64,000 bases of DNA from positions 26,784,001-26,848,000 of the forward strand of contig OZ241830.1 in the NCBI GenBank assembly GCA_965202585.1. Direction: 5' to 3'. Shown here one piece after another: positions 1-13,208 of this stretch. The position numbers and the translations under genes were made by a program. Source of the DNA: Thalia democratica (lineage: Eukaryota). Position 1 is the first letter of the stretch. Every line of letters begins with the position of its first letter. The notes beneath the pieces are model-generated. The model made no database searches. It was not told the DNA's origin and saw only the letters and a program-made list of their open reading frames with translations.

Positions 1-3000
1 GAATGATTGTTTAAAACTGTAGGTGAAATTACATTTTTAATTAAAAGTCTTTTCTATTTTCATCTACTCCTTTAATATAAAAGTTATTAAACTTTACAAT
101 TTAAAATTGTTTATTTTAAGAAGTTGTTTCAGTTTATAATTTGCATTTAAATTCTTAAGTTTACAGTTAAAGGAAAAATAAATTATCATTACATTAAAGT
201 TTAAAAAATATCTATATAACTTTGTTTTCTAGATTGTCCACCTGATACACAAAATCTCATTAATGGGTTTGCTAGACCAACCAAACATAGTGCTTGGCAC
301 CAGACATCTATTTACAAATGTAATACAGATTATACTCTTCATCCAGCAGAAAACAACAAGAGAGATTGTGTTGAGAACGGCGAGTGGGTAGGAGATGTAG
401 GAACTTGTTATCCTGGTAAGAAAATAAATTCTAAAAAAAATGAAAAGTATAAATGAGTAAATTATATTTAACACTTCTCAATAGAGATAAGAAAAACATT
501 TTAAATATTGCCTTTTTGTGAAAATTCAAAGTTTTTTTTACAAATTATGCAGGTTTGTTAAATAATGTGTCAGAAAAAAATCATTTTATATTCAACAGTA
601 TAACATTAGTTTTGTTTACCACTTTTTAATTGTATATTTTCACTGAAGACTTTGAACATTTCGACATTATTTTTGTTTGTCATTACGTTAAGATAAGAAT
701 GAAAAGTTTTTAGCATGATTCTTTAAAACTTTCGGGTAAATTGTATGTTTTATAAAAAGTATTTTCTTTTTTTTTATCTGCTCCTTATATAAAAAACTTA
801 TTATACTTTGCGATTTAAAATAGTTAATTTTTAGAAATAGTCTAGTTTATAATTTATAAATAGATCCTTAATATTTATAATTGTAGGAAAAGTAAATTAT
901 CATCACATTAAAAAAGCACAAAATTCTAAATAACTTTGCTTTCTAGATTGCCCATCTGATACACAAAATCTCAATAATGGATTTGCTAATCTAACCAAAC
1001 ATAGTGCTTGGAACCAGACATCTATTTACAAATGTAATACAGATTATACTCTTCATCCAGGAGAAAACAACAAAAGAGATTGTGTTGAGAACGGCGAGTG
1101 GGTAGGAGATGTAGGAACATGTTATCCTGGTGAGAAAATAAATTCTAAAAAAAATGAAAAATATAAATGAGTAAATTATATTTAGCACTTTTCAATTGAA
1201 TTAATTAAAACATTTTAAATATTGCCTCTTATGTGAAAATTAAAGTTTTATTACAAATTATGCAGGTTTATTAAATAATGTATTAGAAAAAATCATGTAA
1301 TATCTAAAAGTACAACATTGGTTTTGTTTACTATTTTTATAAATGTATATGTTCACTGAAGAATTTGAACATTTTGACATTGTTTGTGTTTGTCATTACG
1401 TTAAGATTAGAATGAAAAGTTTTTAGCATGATTCATTAAAACTTTGGGGAAATTGTGTTTTTTATAAAAAGTATCTTCTTTTTTCTATCTGCTCCTTTTA
1501 TAAAAAAAATTTTATACTTTGCGATTTAAAATAGTTTATTTTTAGAAATAGTCTAGTTTAAAACTTTTATATAGATCCTTAATATTTATAATTAAAGGAA
1601 AAGTAAATTATCATCACATTTATAGAACAGGAAAATCTAAATAACTTTGTTGTCTAGATTGTCCACCTGATACAAAAAATCTCGATAATGGATTTGCTAA
1701 TCTAACCAAACATAGTGCTTGGAACCAGACATCTATTTACAAATGTAATACAGATTATACTCTTCATCCAGCAAAAAACAACAAGAGAGATTGTATTGAG
1801 AACGGCGAGTGGGTAGGAGATGTAGGAACTTGTTATCCTGGTAAGAAAATAAATTCTATAAAAAATGGAAAGTATAAATGAGTATATTATATTTAACAGT
1901 TTTCAATAGAGATAAGAAAAAAAATTTGAAAAATTGCAATATTTTTTTAAATACAAAGTTTTTTTACAAACTATGCAGGTTTGTTAAATAATGTGTCAGA
2001 AAAAAATCATCTTATATCCAACAGTACAACAGTAGTTTTGTTTACCACTTTTTAATTGTATATTTTTATTGAAGACTTTTAACATTTCGACATTATTTTC
2101 GTTTGTAATTACGTTCTAATTAGAATAAAAATTTTTTAGCAAGATTTTTTAAAACTATAGGGGAAATTGTATGTTTTAAAAAAAGATTTTTTCTTTTTCT
2201 ATCAACTCCTTTTATAAAAAAAATTTTATACTTTACGATTTAAAACAGTTTATTTTAAGAAATAGTCTAGTTTATAATTTATTATTGGATCCTTAATGTT
2301 TATAATTAAACAAAAATTAATTATCATCGCATTAATTAAGTAAGATAATCTAAATAACTTTGCTTTCTAGATTGTCCATCTGATACACAAAATCTCGATA
2401 ATGGATTTGCTAACCTAACCAAACATAGTGCTTGGAACCAGACATCTATTTACAAATGTAATACAGATTATACTCTTCATCCAGCAGAAAACAACAAGAG
2501 AGATTGTGTTGAGAATGGCGAGTGGGTAGGAGATGTAGGAACTTGTTATCCTGGTGAGAAAATCAATTCTATAATTAATATTAAAAAATATATAATTGAA
2601 CTAATTGTATTTAACAGTTTTCAATTGAGTTAAGAAACACATTTTAAGTATTGACTTTTTGTAAAAATACAAAGTTTTATTACAAATTATGCAGGTTTGT
2701 TCAATAATGTATTAGAAAAAAATCATCTTATGTCTAAAAGTACAAGATTTGTTTTGTTTACCATTTTTATAGATGACTATTTACTCTGAAGTTTTAAACA
2801 TTTCGACATTATTTTTGTTTGTTGTTACAATAAGATTAGAATCGAAATTTCTAGCATGCTTGATTAAAACTGTAGGAGAAATTGTAGGTTTTATAAAAAG
2901 TATCTCTATTTTATATCTACTCTTTAAAAAAAACTTATTAAACTTTACGATTTAAAATTGTTTATTTAAAAAAACAGTTTCAGTTTATAGTTTATATATA

Positions 3001-4010
3001 GATCCTTAATGTTTATAACTTTACTAAAAGTAAATTATCATTTCGTTAATTAAGAACAAAAATCTAAAAAACTTTGCTTTATAGATTGTCCATCTGATAC
3101 ACAAAATCTCGATAATGGATTTTCTAACCTAACCAAACATAGTGCTTGGAACCAGACATCTATTTACAAATGTAATACAGATTATACTCTTCATCCAGCA
3201 GAAAACAACAAGAGAGATTGTGTTGAGAATGGCGAGTGGGTAGGAGATGTAGGAACTTGTTATCCTGGTGAGAAAATCAATTCTATAATAGCAATGAAAA
3301 ATATTAATGAAGAAACTATATTTATTAGCACTTTAAAATGAAATTTAGAAAAACATTTTGAAAGATTACTTTTTTTATGAAAATACCAAGTTTTATTACA
3401 AATTCTACAGGTTTTGTTCAGTAGTGTATTAGGAAATAATCATGTTATGTCCAAAAGTACAACTTTAATTTTGATTACCATTTTTATAAATGTATATGTT
3501 CACTGAAGCCTTTGAACATTCCGACATTGTTTTTGTTTCTCATTACGTTATAATTAGAATAAAAAATGTTTAGCATAATTGTTAAAAACTGTAGGAGAAA
3601 TTGTATGTTTTATAAAAAGCCTTTTCTTTTTACTATCTGCTCTTTTATAAAAAACATATTAAACTTTACGATTTAAAATAGTGTATTTTAAGAATTAGTT
3701 TCAGTTTATGACTTATATTCAAATGCTTAATGTTTATAATAAAAAGAAAAATAAATTATCACCACATTAAAAAAATACCAAAAATCTAAAAAACTTTGCT
3801 TTCTAGATTGTCCGTCTGATACACAAAATCTCGATAATGGATTTTCTAACCTAACCAAACATAGTACTTGGAACCAGACATCTATTTACAAATGTAATAC
3901 AGATTATACTCTTCATCCCGCAGAAAACAACAAGAGAGAATGTGTTGAGAACGGCGAGTGGGTAGGAGATGTAGGAACTTGTTATCGTGGTGAGAAAATT
4001 GAATCTTAGA
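1..4010 (+). repeat. Tandem array of ~714-bp exon+intron units (plus-strand CCP array); continues off the left edge
   Basis: Exon starts at 233, 947, 1658, 2371, 3085, 3807 (spacing 711-722). Introns are recognisably homologous (e.g. caaattatgcaggttt, gatttaaaatag, taactttgctttctag). Bases 1-232 match the intron 3' part. Confidence 0.95.
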
Positions 4011-5826
4011 CAATCTGAAATATATATATATAACTTAATTTTGTTTTTAAATTACTCTTTAAAGTTTTTTTTCTTTAACATGCTGAAAACTTTAGATAAA
4101 AGTTGCAGATTTTTTCTATGATTTTCTAAAAAGTTTATAAAAAGCACTCAAAAGATTGTTTTATTACCATTTTTGTTTCAAACCTGATACATTTGTACAG
4201 CTTGCCCTCTGCTTGATATTCCTGATGATGGTAAAGAGATTATTTTGCACAATCACTCACATCGGCCCGATGTTCGCTTGCCAGGGGAAGTCGTTAAAAT
4301 TGTTTGCAACTCGGATTTCGTTTTTGTCGAAAAGGAAGCTGACTATGCGTACCAATGTTTGAACGACGGTACTTGGAACAACAGTGTAGTGGCAATTTGC
4401 ATGAAAAGTCAGAAAATATATTCAAACATTTTTTATTAAAAAATATAAGCTTTTTTGTTAATTTTTTGTTGTTAAAGTTGATTTTTGCCACCCTTTGAGC
4501 ACAACAAAACAGTAAAACTCAACTTTGTCAACAACAGAATGCGGTGCGCCGCCGAACGTAGAAGATTACGAAGTGGAATTCAATTACAGCGCTGTAGTTG
4601 ACCAGTACTGGTTCAACACAACTGTAACCTACCTAGCTTGCAAGGCTGAAAAATACCTTCTGTACCCTGATGACGTCACAAACGCAAGAAACGTGCTAAC
4701 GTGCGAAAGGACCGGCACGTGGAATCCTGAAACGGCCCCCAACTGCGGATTGTGTTAGTTTCCTTCAACTGTTCAGTTAAATTTTCACAAAAATATCTTT
4801 TTCTGCTTTGTAGCAACTACAATTCTTTATTTGGACACTTTTGTCGGCTCTATTTTTGATTGGCACCAGATGCAACCTACCGTACACTTTAAACTATTTT
4901 TTTAACAGCTTGCATCTATGAACCTGTGGAGTGCATAGAAACTCTTACGAATCAACTGACATGCACTTATGAAGGAGAAGGCAAAGTAAAAGGCAGCAAG
5001 ATCCTATGGAAGGACATTACGCATCACCTCGACTTGTTCAGAACGGAAAGCTGGACTTCAAGGAAGAGGATAATACACTGCATTGATGGGTTGTTTTTCG
5101 AGTTTCCCTCGAATAGAGAATACACTTGCCAACGAGATGCTCCTTGGTCGCCTTACCCGCTTCCGAGGTGCCTGAGAGGTTTGGTGAATTTGTCATTTAA
5201 AGTATAGTGATTTGATTAGCAGTGCATTCGCTCTTTTTTTTTTTTTAAACTGCATTATTGCGTGTGGCTTAGATCGTAAAAGCTATTGGAAGTATATGAG
5301 AGCGTAACATGTGTCTCATTAGAATTATTCTAAAGTATTAAAAAAAAAAATTTTTGTAAATAAGCTACATGTTTCAACTTACAGCTTCGTTGAACTTTTA
5401 ATTTGCTCGATATTGGTTTAAAAAATCCAAATTTGATGTAATTTATGCAAAACTTAAACCACCCAAAAAGAAAAAACAATAAAATTTTCATATAAAGTAA
5501 AGCTAAAAATACCAAATTAAGATAATGTATTTTTACTTACAAAATAACAACTATGTGTTATCAATTAAAGAACTACTACATAGAAATATTTAAAAAGCTT
5601 TTAACTTGTGAAATTTTCAGCCTGTGCCAGTAATTATTCTGACTTCGACAATGTTGGCACATTTACTTTTTCAAACTATGAAGATGGCAAAAACTTTAGA
5701 GATGGAAATTATCTGGTGGGAACTAAAGTCACGTACACTTGCCTTTATGAGTACGAAGCGGTGAATGGCGTAGAAGCTACTTGCAAACCCGATGGAGAGT
5801 GGGATCCGCCTGTTGTATGCAATTAA
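233..5826 (+). CDS. Gene A: multi-Sushi/CCP (SCR) domain protein, 3' part (5' end off-window); at least 10 CCP-type domains, no TM segment before the stop, so probably secreted
   Basis: Manually read phase-1/phase-1 exons with AG/GT ends: 233-415, 947-1129, 1658-1840, 2371-2553, 3085-3267, 3807-3989 (each 183 nt, consensus DCPSDTQNLDNGFANLTKHSAWNQTSIYKCNTDYTLHPAENNKRDCVENGEWVGDVGTCYP, all open), then 4201-4407 (ACPLLDIPDDG...CLNDGTWNNSVVAICMK), 4538-4753 (CGAPPNVED...TCERTGTWNPETAPNCGL), 4909-5178 (divergent, extra Cys) and 5621-5826 (ACASNYS...TCKPDGEWDPPVVCN stop). The C..C..C..GxW..C pattern is the CCP signature. Confidence 0.9.
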
Positions 5827-7949
5827 TATGCATACTATATTGTATGCAAAATAACTAACACTTTTAATTTTTGTTTCGACTTGTTTAAATTGTACTTTAC
5901 CTGTTTATTTGTGTTGAAATAAGAAGTTTTAACTTTACTTGCTTGTTGTTTTTTTTTTTAGTTTTATTTGTTGAATTCAAGTGTTTTCCATATATTTATA
6001 AAAAATCTTTTTTAATAAATTTAGATGCTTTGTTTATAGACTTTTATTTTTTTTTACGAATATATTTATGTGCGTTATTAAATTTTCGCTTCAATTAAAA
6101 TTACAACCTCTTTCTTTAACATCAAAACAGCTTTGGATTTTTTTAGATGGTTTTTTAGCAAAACATCTAATATTTATTCGGATTAACTGTTTAACAGTGT
6201 TTACTAACGTAAAAGTACTTAAGGTTAGCCTTAGTAAAACGTTTATATTTTGTACTACTTTTTTTTAATAGTTCATTGATTATGATATGATTGTTTTTAC
6301 AGTGATTTTAGTTAAACCTAAGAGATACTTATAATTGAATAAACTTTTACTCTTCACAAATATAAAGTATTAAAATAAGTTGTAAGAAAGAGAGATGGGT
6401 ATCAAAACTTATTGTCTTAAATATTTTATAAATTTCAATAAATATTTTTTAAATTAAATTTTTACACGGAAAATTATATTTTCACGAGGTATTATAAGCT
6501 GATAGCATGGTTGCCATAGTTCCGAACAATTAGGGTTTTTTTTATAGCTTAGGGACGGTTAAGGTTTATTAATGGGTTCATATATGCAGTTGTACGTTAT
6601 TTATGCATGTGCGTTGTACGTAAAATACTACGCTTAAAGCTTTCAAATAAAATAATATTACTTGACTGATACATTAAATGGAACTATTGTTTTATAATAA
6701 TTGATTATTAGTAGAAACATTCTATTTCAGAATTATAACTTTTTAAATCAAGTTTACTTAGTTTTACGAAAACAAAATGTAACATTAATGTGAATCGGTC
6801 TACCAACATTGTGATAAGGATTATACTTGATTTTCGTATTTCAAAGCAGGCATTTTTCGTCTATATATGTGTTTATTAATTTAAATGGAAAGTCTTGAAT
6901 ACTTAAAATTAAAACTGTGAAAATTAAATTCGATTTAAATTATAATTTTACTTAAAAATAAAGTCCAAAACATAAATGTAACCAGAGATTAGCTTTTCAA
7001 ATTAAAAACTAGACTAATTGTTGCAAAATAAAAAATCTTATTTTAATTTCAAACAATAGTTAATTAAAAACAAAGATTTAGTTAGTTTATGAAGTGTAAA
7101 GGTATTTCAGACTTTACTTGTTGTTTAATTTTATTTTTTTATTTAGCGTGAGAATAAAAAAGCAATAAAATAGCGCATTTTTTATGGTGTAAACATAGAT
7201 TATTTTATAACAATAATGTTGCATGATCATGATAAGCCAATGAGAGAATAACATTTGGAAGTTCGAACTTATGTTTTTCAAAAGTATCAAGAGATGCTTA
7301 CACCAGCATTCCATAATCATGAAATAAGCCTATGAGAGCCTAAAGTTAATGTCCTTGGAGCGTTAGGTTTTTATTTTTGTTGTTAGTCAATGCATTTAAA
7401 TACTTGATGTTGATCGTTCTACATAAAATCGTAAATAAATATAATGTGATTAAAATTTTGCTTTTTATGTTAACTTATAAACTTTATATCAAATTATGAT
7501 TTTATATTTGTTATAATAAATAAACTATATGTGTTATTTAATCTTTTATTTATACGTCTTCCAGTTTAAGTGGTCTAGGTTTTGATGCCTAGGTTCATCA
7601 TATGAACAATAAACTTGTAACCGTATAGTAAAATATATAAAAAGGCATAGTTGTTGATTAAAATATTAAAATGAATTAGAACAACCTATATACATTTAAA
7701 GTGTTTTTTATCCTAGTTTCTAAATAAACTAACTTTATTGTCCCTGGTATGAATCTTTTATAAAAAAAATTATTTTACCTATACGTTAGTTTGTTTCTAA
7801 CATTAACTTTTATTGTTTAAGATTTTAGACCTTTAATTTTTTACCTTTAATAAAGGTATATTATAAAATTTTAGTTTTCAGTTTCTTTTTATGTTACACA
7901 CTTGGTAGTAGCTAAAAAAACTTTTGATCGGTCTGCATGCAAAATTGAT

Positions 7950-8378
7950 TTTCCGTGCGAAAAAGTCATCGTGCGAAAATGTCGCCGTGCAAAAATTTCA
8001 TTGTAAAAATGTGACGTTGTGCAACAATGTTGCCGTAAAAAATTGTCATCGTGAAAAATGTCGCCGTGCAAAAGTGTCTCCTCGTGCAAAAGTGACGCCG
8101 TGCAAAAGTGTCACCTCGTGCAAAAGTGACCCTCCGTGCAAAAGAGTCGCCGTGCAAAAGTGTCCCCTCGTGCAAAAGTGACCCTCCGTGCAAAAGTGTC
8201 GCCGTGCAAAAGTATCCCCTCGTGCAAAAGTGACGCTCGTGCAAAAGTGTCCCCTCGTGCTAAAGTGACGCTCGTGCAAAAGAGTCGCCGTGAAAAAGTG
8301 TCCCCTCGTGCAAAAGTGACCCTTCGTGCAAAAGTGACCCTCGTGCAAAAGTGTCCTCTCGTGCAAAAGTGACGCTGT
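7950..8378. repeat. Minisatellite of ~16-18-nt units (core CGTGCAAAAGTG), probably expanded subterminal repeats of a non-autonomous DNA transposon
   Basis: Many gtgcaaaagtg(a/t)c(c/g)c units. The same core occurs in the terminal regions of the elements at 14315-14476 and 15473-15965. The five ORFs called here are repeat artefacts. Confidence 0.85.
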
Positions 8379-9701
8379 ATATGTAAAACAATAAACTTAA
8401 TAGAAACAAAACTTTTTTAGTCTGGCTAGAAGATTAATTAAATGCCACTAAAGCTGCGGCCCGCGAAGATTTTAAAACTTGAAATTGGCCCGCGAGCACC
8501 CCCTGGTCTAATACTAAAAAAAAGACCAAATTTAGTTAAACTATTATTAGACTCTCTTATGGTTTTAAGTAACATGTGCGTTTACTCAGGATAAACTTGC
8601 TTACACAAAAGAAACATTTGCGGTTGACATTGAAAAGGTTGTATTTAAAAGACAAAAACTTTAAATCGGCTTTAAAATGAAGGAGAATGTATATTATATA
8701 AGCGCTTTATTATATATTATACAAGATTCGAATCCTGGTAGTGATTATTTATTACTCTTAAACCGGTCTGTATTGTCAGTTTATACAATTGCATTGTTTT
8801 TAACTTAAACCAAATAATTATGCATTTCGTTCTGGGTATTACATCCAATTATAAAGATATTCGTAAAATAAAATATTTTACTAATAATCAGTAAATATAA
8901 AAAAAAAATTCCACTTTATGTATAAATCGAAAACATCGCTTTCATTAAAATCGCTTATAGTAATAAATATCATAATAAATTTCTAACTTACAGCTACGGC
9001 TATGAGCTCATAAATAAAGCTAATTAGCTTTAAGCAAACTCTAGGATTTAAGTTAAAGACAAACTTATTTTAAATTTACGACTCTAAATAGTAAGAAAAA
9101 ACTAAATATTGTTCTGAAATTCAGGTCGTAACTTTTATATAAAGCAGTTATATCTAAGCAATAAGTTTTCATACTAACCTTCCGTTCGAATAACTTGTTT
9201 TAACAATTAAAAAGTCTAAATAACTAAACTCAATTTGGTTAATGCTACATATTTTTAACTTTTTACGTTATTACATTGAAAATAATTTGATAGCAAAACT
9301 AACTATTGAAAACTAGACAAAGTAGACATTCAGAAAATCCTTTTATTTAGAAAAAACATTGGCTACTATTAAGTTCGTATTCACTGCTAAACAAAACCTA
9401 AACGTATACTTATCAAAAATTTTGGCCAAGCAAGTAGCTAAACTATGAATATATATTTATTTCAATGAAAGACACTGTTATTTTTGTATATGTTTTTATA
9501 GTAATTGAATGTTTTAAAAAACAAATTTATCAAACAAATTTAAACATCTATCATATTCGATTAGAAAAAATTTGTGTATTATGGAAAAAAGTGAAACAAA
9601 AAAAAACTAAAAAAACAAGTGGGTAAAATTAAAGAGTCTAAATCAAACACGAAGAAACAAGTAAAAACAATTTAAACAAGTTAAAACACAAATGAAAAGT
9701 G

Positions 9702-12700
9702 TTAGTTAGTTTGATGTTTATTGCACCTAATAGGCGGATCCCACTCTCCATCCCATCTGCAAGTAGCTTCACCGTCATTATTCTCATTATACCCCGAATC
9801 GCAAGTGTACTTGACTTTAGTTCCCCGTATATAATTTTCTTGTCTTAAATTTTCGTTTGAAAAATTAAAACCGCTGACATTGTTGTCAATTCCACTAAGA
9901 TCACTTTGACAAGCTGAAAATTTATTAACAGTTGTAATAAGTACTAACTCTACACAACAAACTACATAGCATGATTAATAGAAAAAAATATATATCACCT
10001 TTTTTACATTTTCCTCGTACACCCACCCACGTTGCGTTCTTGCTACAAGTAAGTTGGAACGAATCTGCGCTGCTCCCGTCTTCGAAAAAGAGCGAAGAAC
10101 CAACTTCGCACGTGAAAATTGCTACGCGATGATAAGGAGCATGGTCGGTCACTGATGATTGGGTGTTATTAAATGATGGGACGTCAGGACAATCTGTAAT
10201 GAATGATTCATACGCTCCAGGTTTGTATAACTTTGTCAATTAGTTGAGAAAACTATAACAATAAACGCCTTACTTTAATAGTTTAATATAAGTATTCTAT
10301 TAATTTGAAAATCGGCAACAGATAGAAAATTTTGAAAAAAAAAAATTATCATTTCAAAATCGAGTCCAAAACTTGGCATCAAGTTAAGGGTATTATATAT
10401 CAGGTAATTGATACACACATGAGTGCACTTAATAAGTTTCTAAATAAACTTAAAAATATACATATAATTTTTTTTTGGTCAATCACTTTAGTGATATTTT
10501 TTTACATATAACTTTTTAGACTTTGTTTAAAGTGAAAGCTTTGTTATAAAAAACATGTTTATTTATTTCTGTTCTATCAAAAAAAGACAAATTTGTGGTA
10601 AACCCACATATTTAATAACTGTGGTATACTACTTAATGACGTTCACATTTTATTAAGCTATTTTGCAAAATTTGTTTGCTGAAATCAAACACAAAGACTT
10701 TAGCTATTTGTGGTAATTAATATGTCTATGGTATGAGCCTAAAATATTTTACTTAAAAAAAACCACTCTAGTCATACATCACGAATGCGAACTTATCATA
10801 AATTCGATTAAAATTAATAATTTTCATAACATTACCTGATTTTATTTTAAATTTAATTGCAAAATTCATAACAGTTTTGATTTATCATAAGTTATAGGAA
10901 ACATCTTTATTTTGTACATAAAATAATAAAGTAACTAATCCGTGTCACTAATCAAACTAACAAAAAATCGTTACTATTAGATTTTAGGTTGATATAAGTA
11001 TCATTTGCAAAAAAAAAAAAAACAATTTTAAAATTTGGAAAAGTATTATTTAAAGACTACAGCTAAGTGATCATTTCAGATATATTTTAAATGTAAGTTA
11101 AATATATGTTAATACTAGTTGTTAGAAATTAAATTCAGTTAAAAATGAACAAAGTTTACGCAGTTATTTTTGACAACACAAAAAAACATATCAAAAATAA
11201 GAATGATTCTAGTAAAGTTTTCCAACATTATCTTAATTTGAACGCTCAGAGGTGTATAAAATATATTTAGTGATCTGGATTGATAAAGAAGCTGTTTCTA
11301 GAAAATACTTTATTTTAATTCAAATGTTGAGAAAAGTCTATTTTTGGCATTAATGTTGAAGTTACAAAAAAATATCTATAATTTGTATTTTAGGTCAAGT
11401 TAAATAAGTAAAACCACCGTCTATAATTAATAAACATTCTCTATATAAGCTTTTAATGAGGATATTATCACAACTAGTTATTTTCATATACAATATGTCA
11501 ACTAAATCATAGTTTTCCTTATTTAATATTTGATTCTTACAAATCTCTTATGAAAAATATGTACACTAACTGTACTAGATCAGTAAAGTTTTATGACATT
11601 TAAAAAAAAAACTACAATGTGTTTGTTCTTTACTTGCAACAAAAATCGTAACAACCTCTGACGCAGGCAACCTCATGTTCCCACCCCATCGTAGTGCACA
11701 CAGCTTGGTTGCCGGTTAACGAATACGCACCGGCGTCGCAGGTGTAGTTCAAACGTTCGCCGTCCGTGTAAACTCCGTTGTGCAGTTCCGGTGGCTCGCA
11801 AGCTGCAATTGAAAAATTTCAAGTGAAAATGTTTCAGGTAGTAACAGTTTGGGGCAGTTTAAAAAAAAAAGTAGCTTTTAAAAGTTTACTTTTTGTACAA
11901 AAATTTCATGCAACTGTGGCTTCCGTTTCAAGCGCAACAAACTGCGCCACCTCGAAACTAGGAACGCCAAGTGTAAAAACTCACGGTCGAAAGAGAACGT
12001 TTTGTCGATGATGAGGCGCTCGAGGCTGTAAGTTTTGCACTCGGCCCAGCTGGGAACAGGGGCGTGCTCGGGAAACCTACCTGTTACCGCAACCCATGAG
12101 TAGTAAGAGTCTGAAAATAAAAGTACTTTGAGTTCTTTTTTGTTCTGAATAAAAACTTTGAGTTTGTATAACAGTTAAACGTGAAAATTTGATGGGTATT
12201 TTAGTATTTTAGATGTGCACAGATTTCGCTTGGTGTATTTTTGATTGTAAGATTTTTTATATTAAAGTGTTTTAGTAAGTTAGATAAGTCAACCATGACT
12301 ATTTTAAATATAATATGTAAAATAATATTATACTATACTAATCTTATATATAAAATAGTATGTTAATAATGATGCATAAAATTTTATAAAAATATATTTA
12401 ATACATTTAAATATTAAAAAATGTGTTAACAATTACTACAATTAATATAATAAATATAACATACGTAAAAGGTGTACATTAAATGTGTGCTAGGATCTTA
12501 ATCGTTTTACATAACTAAAGTTAAAACAGTCAAAACCATAAGTAATCTAAATTTTTTCAGATATTAACTCAAAAGGTTGATTCTTTTAAATCAACGAATA
12601 AGTAAACATAAACACCAGCGCGAATTTATATTTATAAAACACAAATTATAAATGTTCACTGTTATATGAGAGCGCGCATCCGTCAATACGATCGAGCCCG

Positions 12701-13208
12701 ATCTTTCTCAGTACTGTTTTCACTTGACTGTGGTGAGTAAATTCGCTGACGCGCGATTCTCCCCTCACCGCCATAATTATGACGTCACCGTAACTTGAGT
12801 TGCTTTCGATCCAAAGGCACATGTCAATAGCCTGTAAAAATGTAATCTCTCTTCAAGTGTGTTAAGTAACACATAGTAAACTACTAGAAAATCTTTGTTA
12901 CCAAGCCTACAAACTAAACTTTGGAATTATTACAAAATTACAACAAGCTGTCGTTGAAGGTCGACAAACATTAAATCAAAATCCGAACCCGCATTTGAAA
13001 CCACACAAAAACATCGAATTACAAACTTCGCTCTGATGGACGGTGTCAAACTTCTCGTATTTAATTTCGTTAGTCAGGGGGTTTATGATGGCGACGCCCG
13101 TCCCCCTGTAAGCCGTATCCAGGTTACCCGACCCCTGCCACCTGATAGCGGCGTCACGCTTCGTCGACCCCTTGCATCCCGCCGAATACGCGTACACGTG
13201 GAAAGTTC
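9702..13208 (-). CDS. Locus B, downstream part: ILEI/PANDER (FAM3-like GG) domain followed by three CCP domains; either the C-terminus of the 14917-24968 gene or a separate gene
   Basis: Phase-consistent exons 13027-13208 (GTFHVYAYSAG...YRGTGVAIINPLTNEIKYEKFDTV), 12660-12831 (AIDMCLWIE...GDVIIMAVRGES...VLRKIG), 11985-12110 (SYYSWVAVTG...), 11656-11802 (CEPPELHNG...C..GWEHEVACVR), 9999-10193 (DCPDVPSF...CSKNATWVGVRGKCKK) and 9702-9913 (ACQSDLS...TCRWDGEWDPPIRCNKHQTN stop). SAG / RG..V.IIN / FDT / IIMAV.GE / LRKIG / SW.AV.G follows the ILEI motif order as recalled. Confidence 0.8.

Noticed and set aside
7889-8372. Five overlapping ORFs with RAKVSP / ARGDTF repeats
   Set aside because: Artefacts of the CGTGCAAAAGTG minisatellite; no splice or start context.
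8715-8745. B-box-like gattcgaatcct (and an A-box-like tggtctag at ~7571)
   Set aside because: No cloverleaf or paired A/B boxes; at most a decayed SINE fragment.
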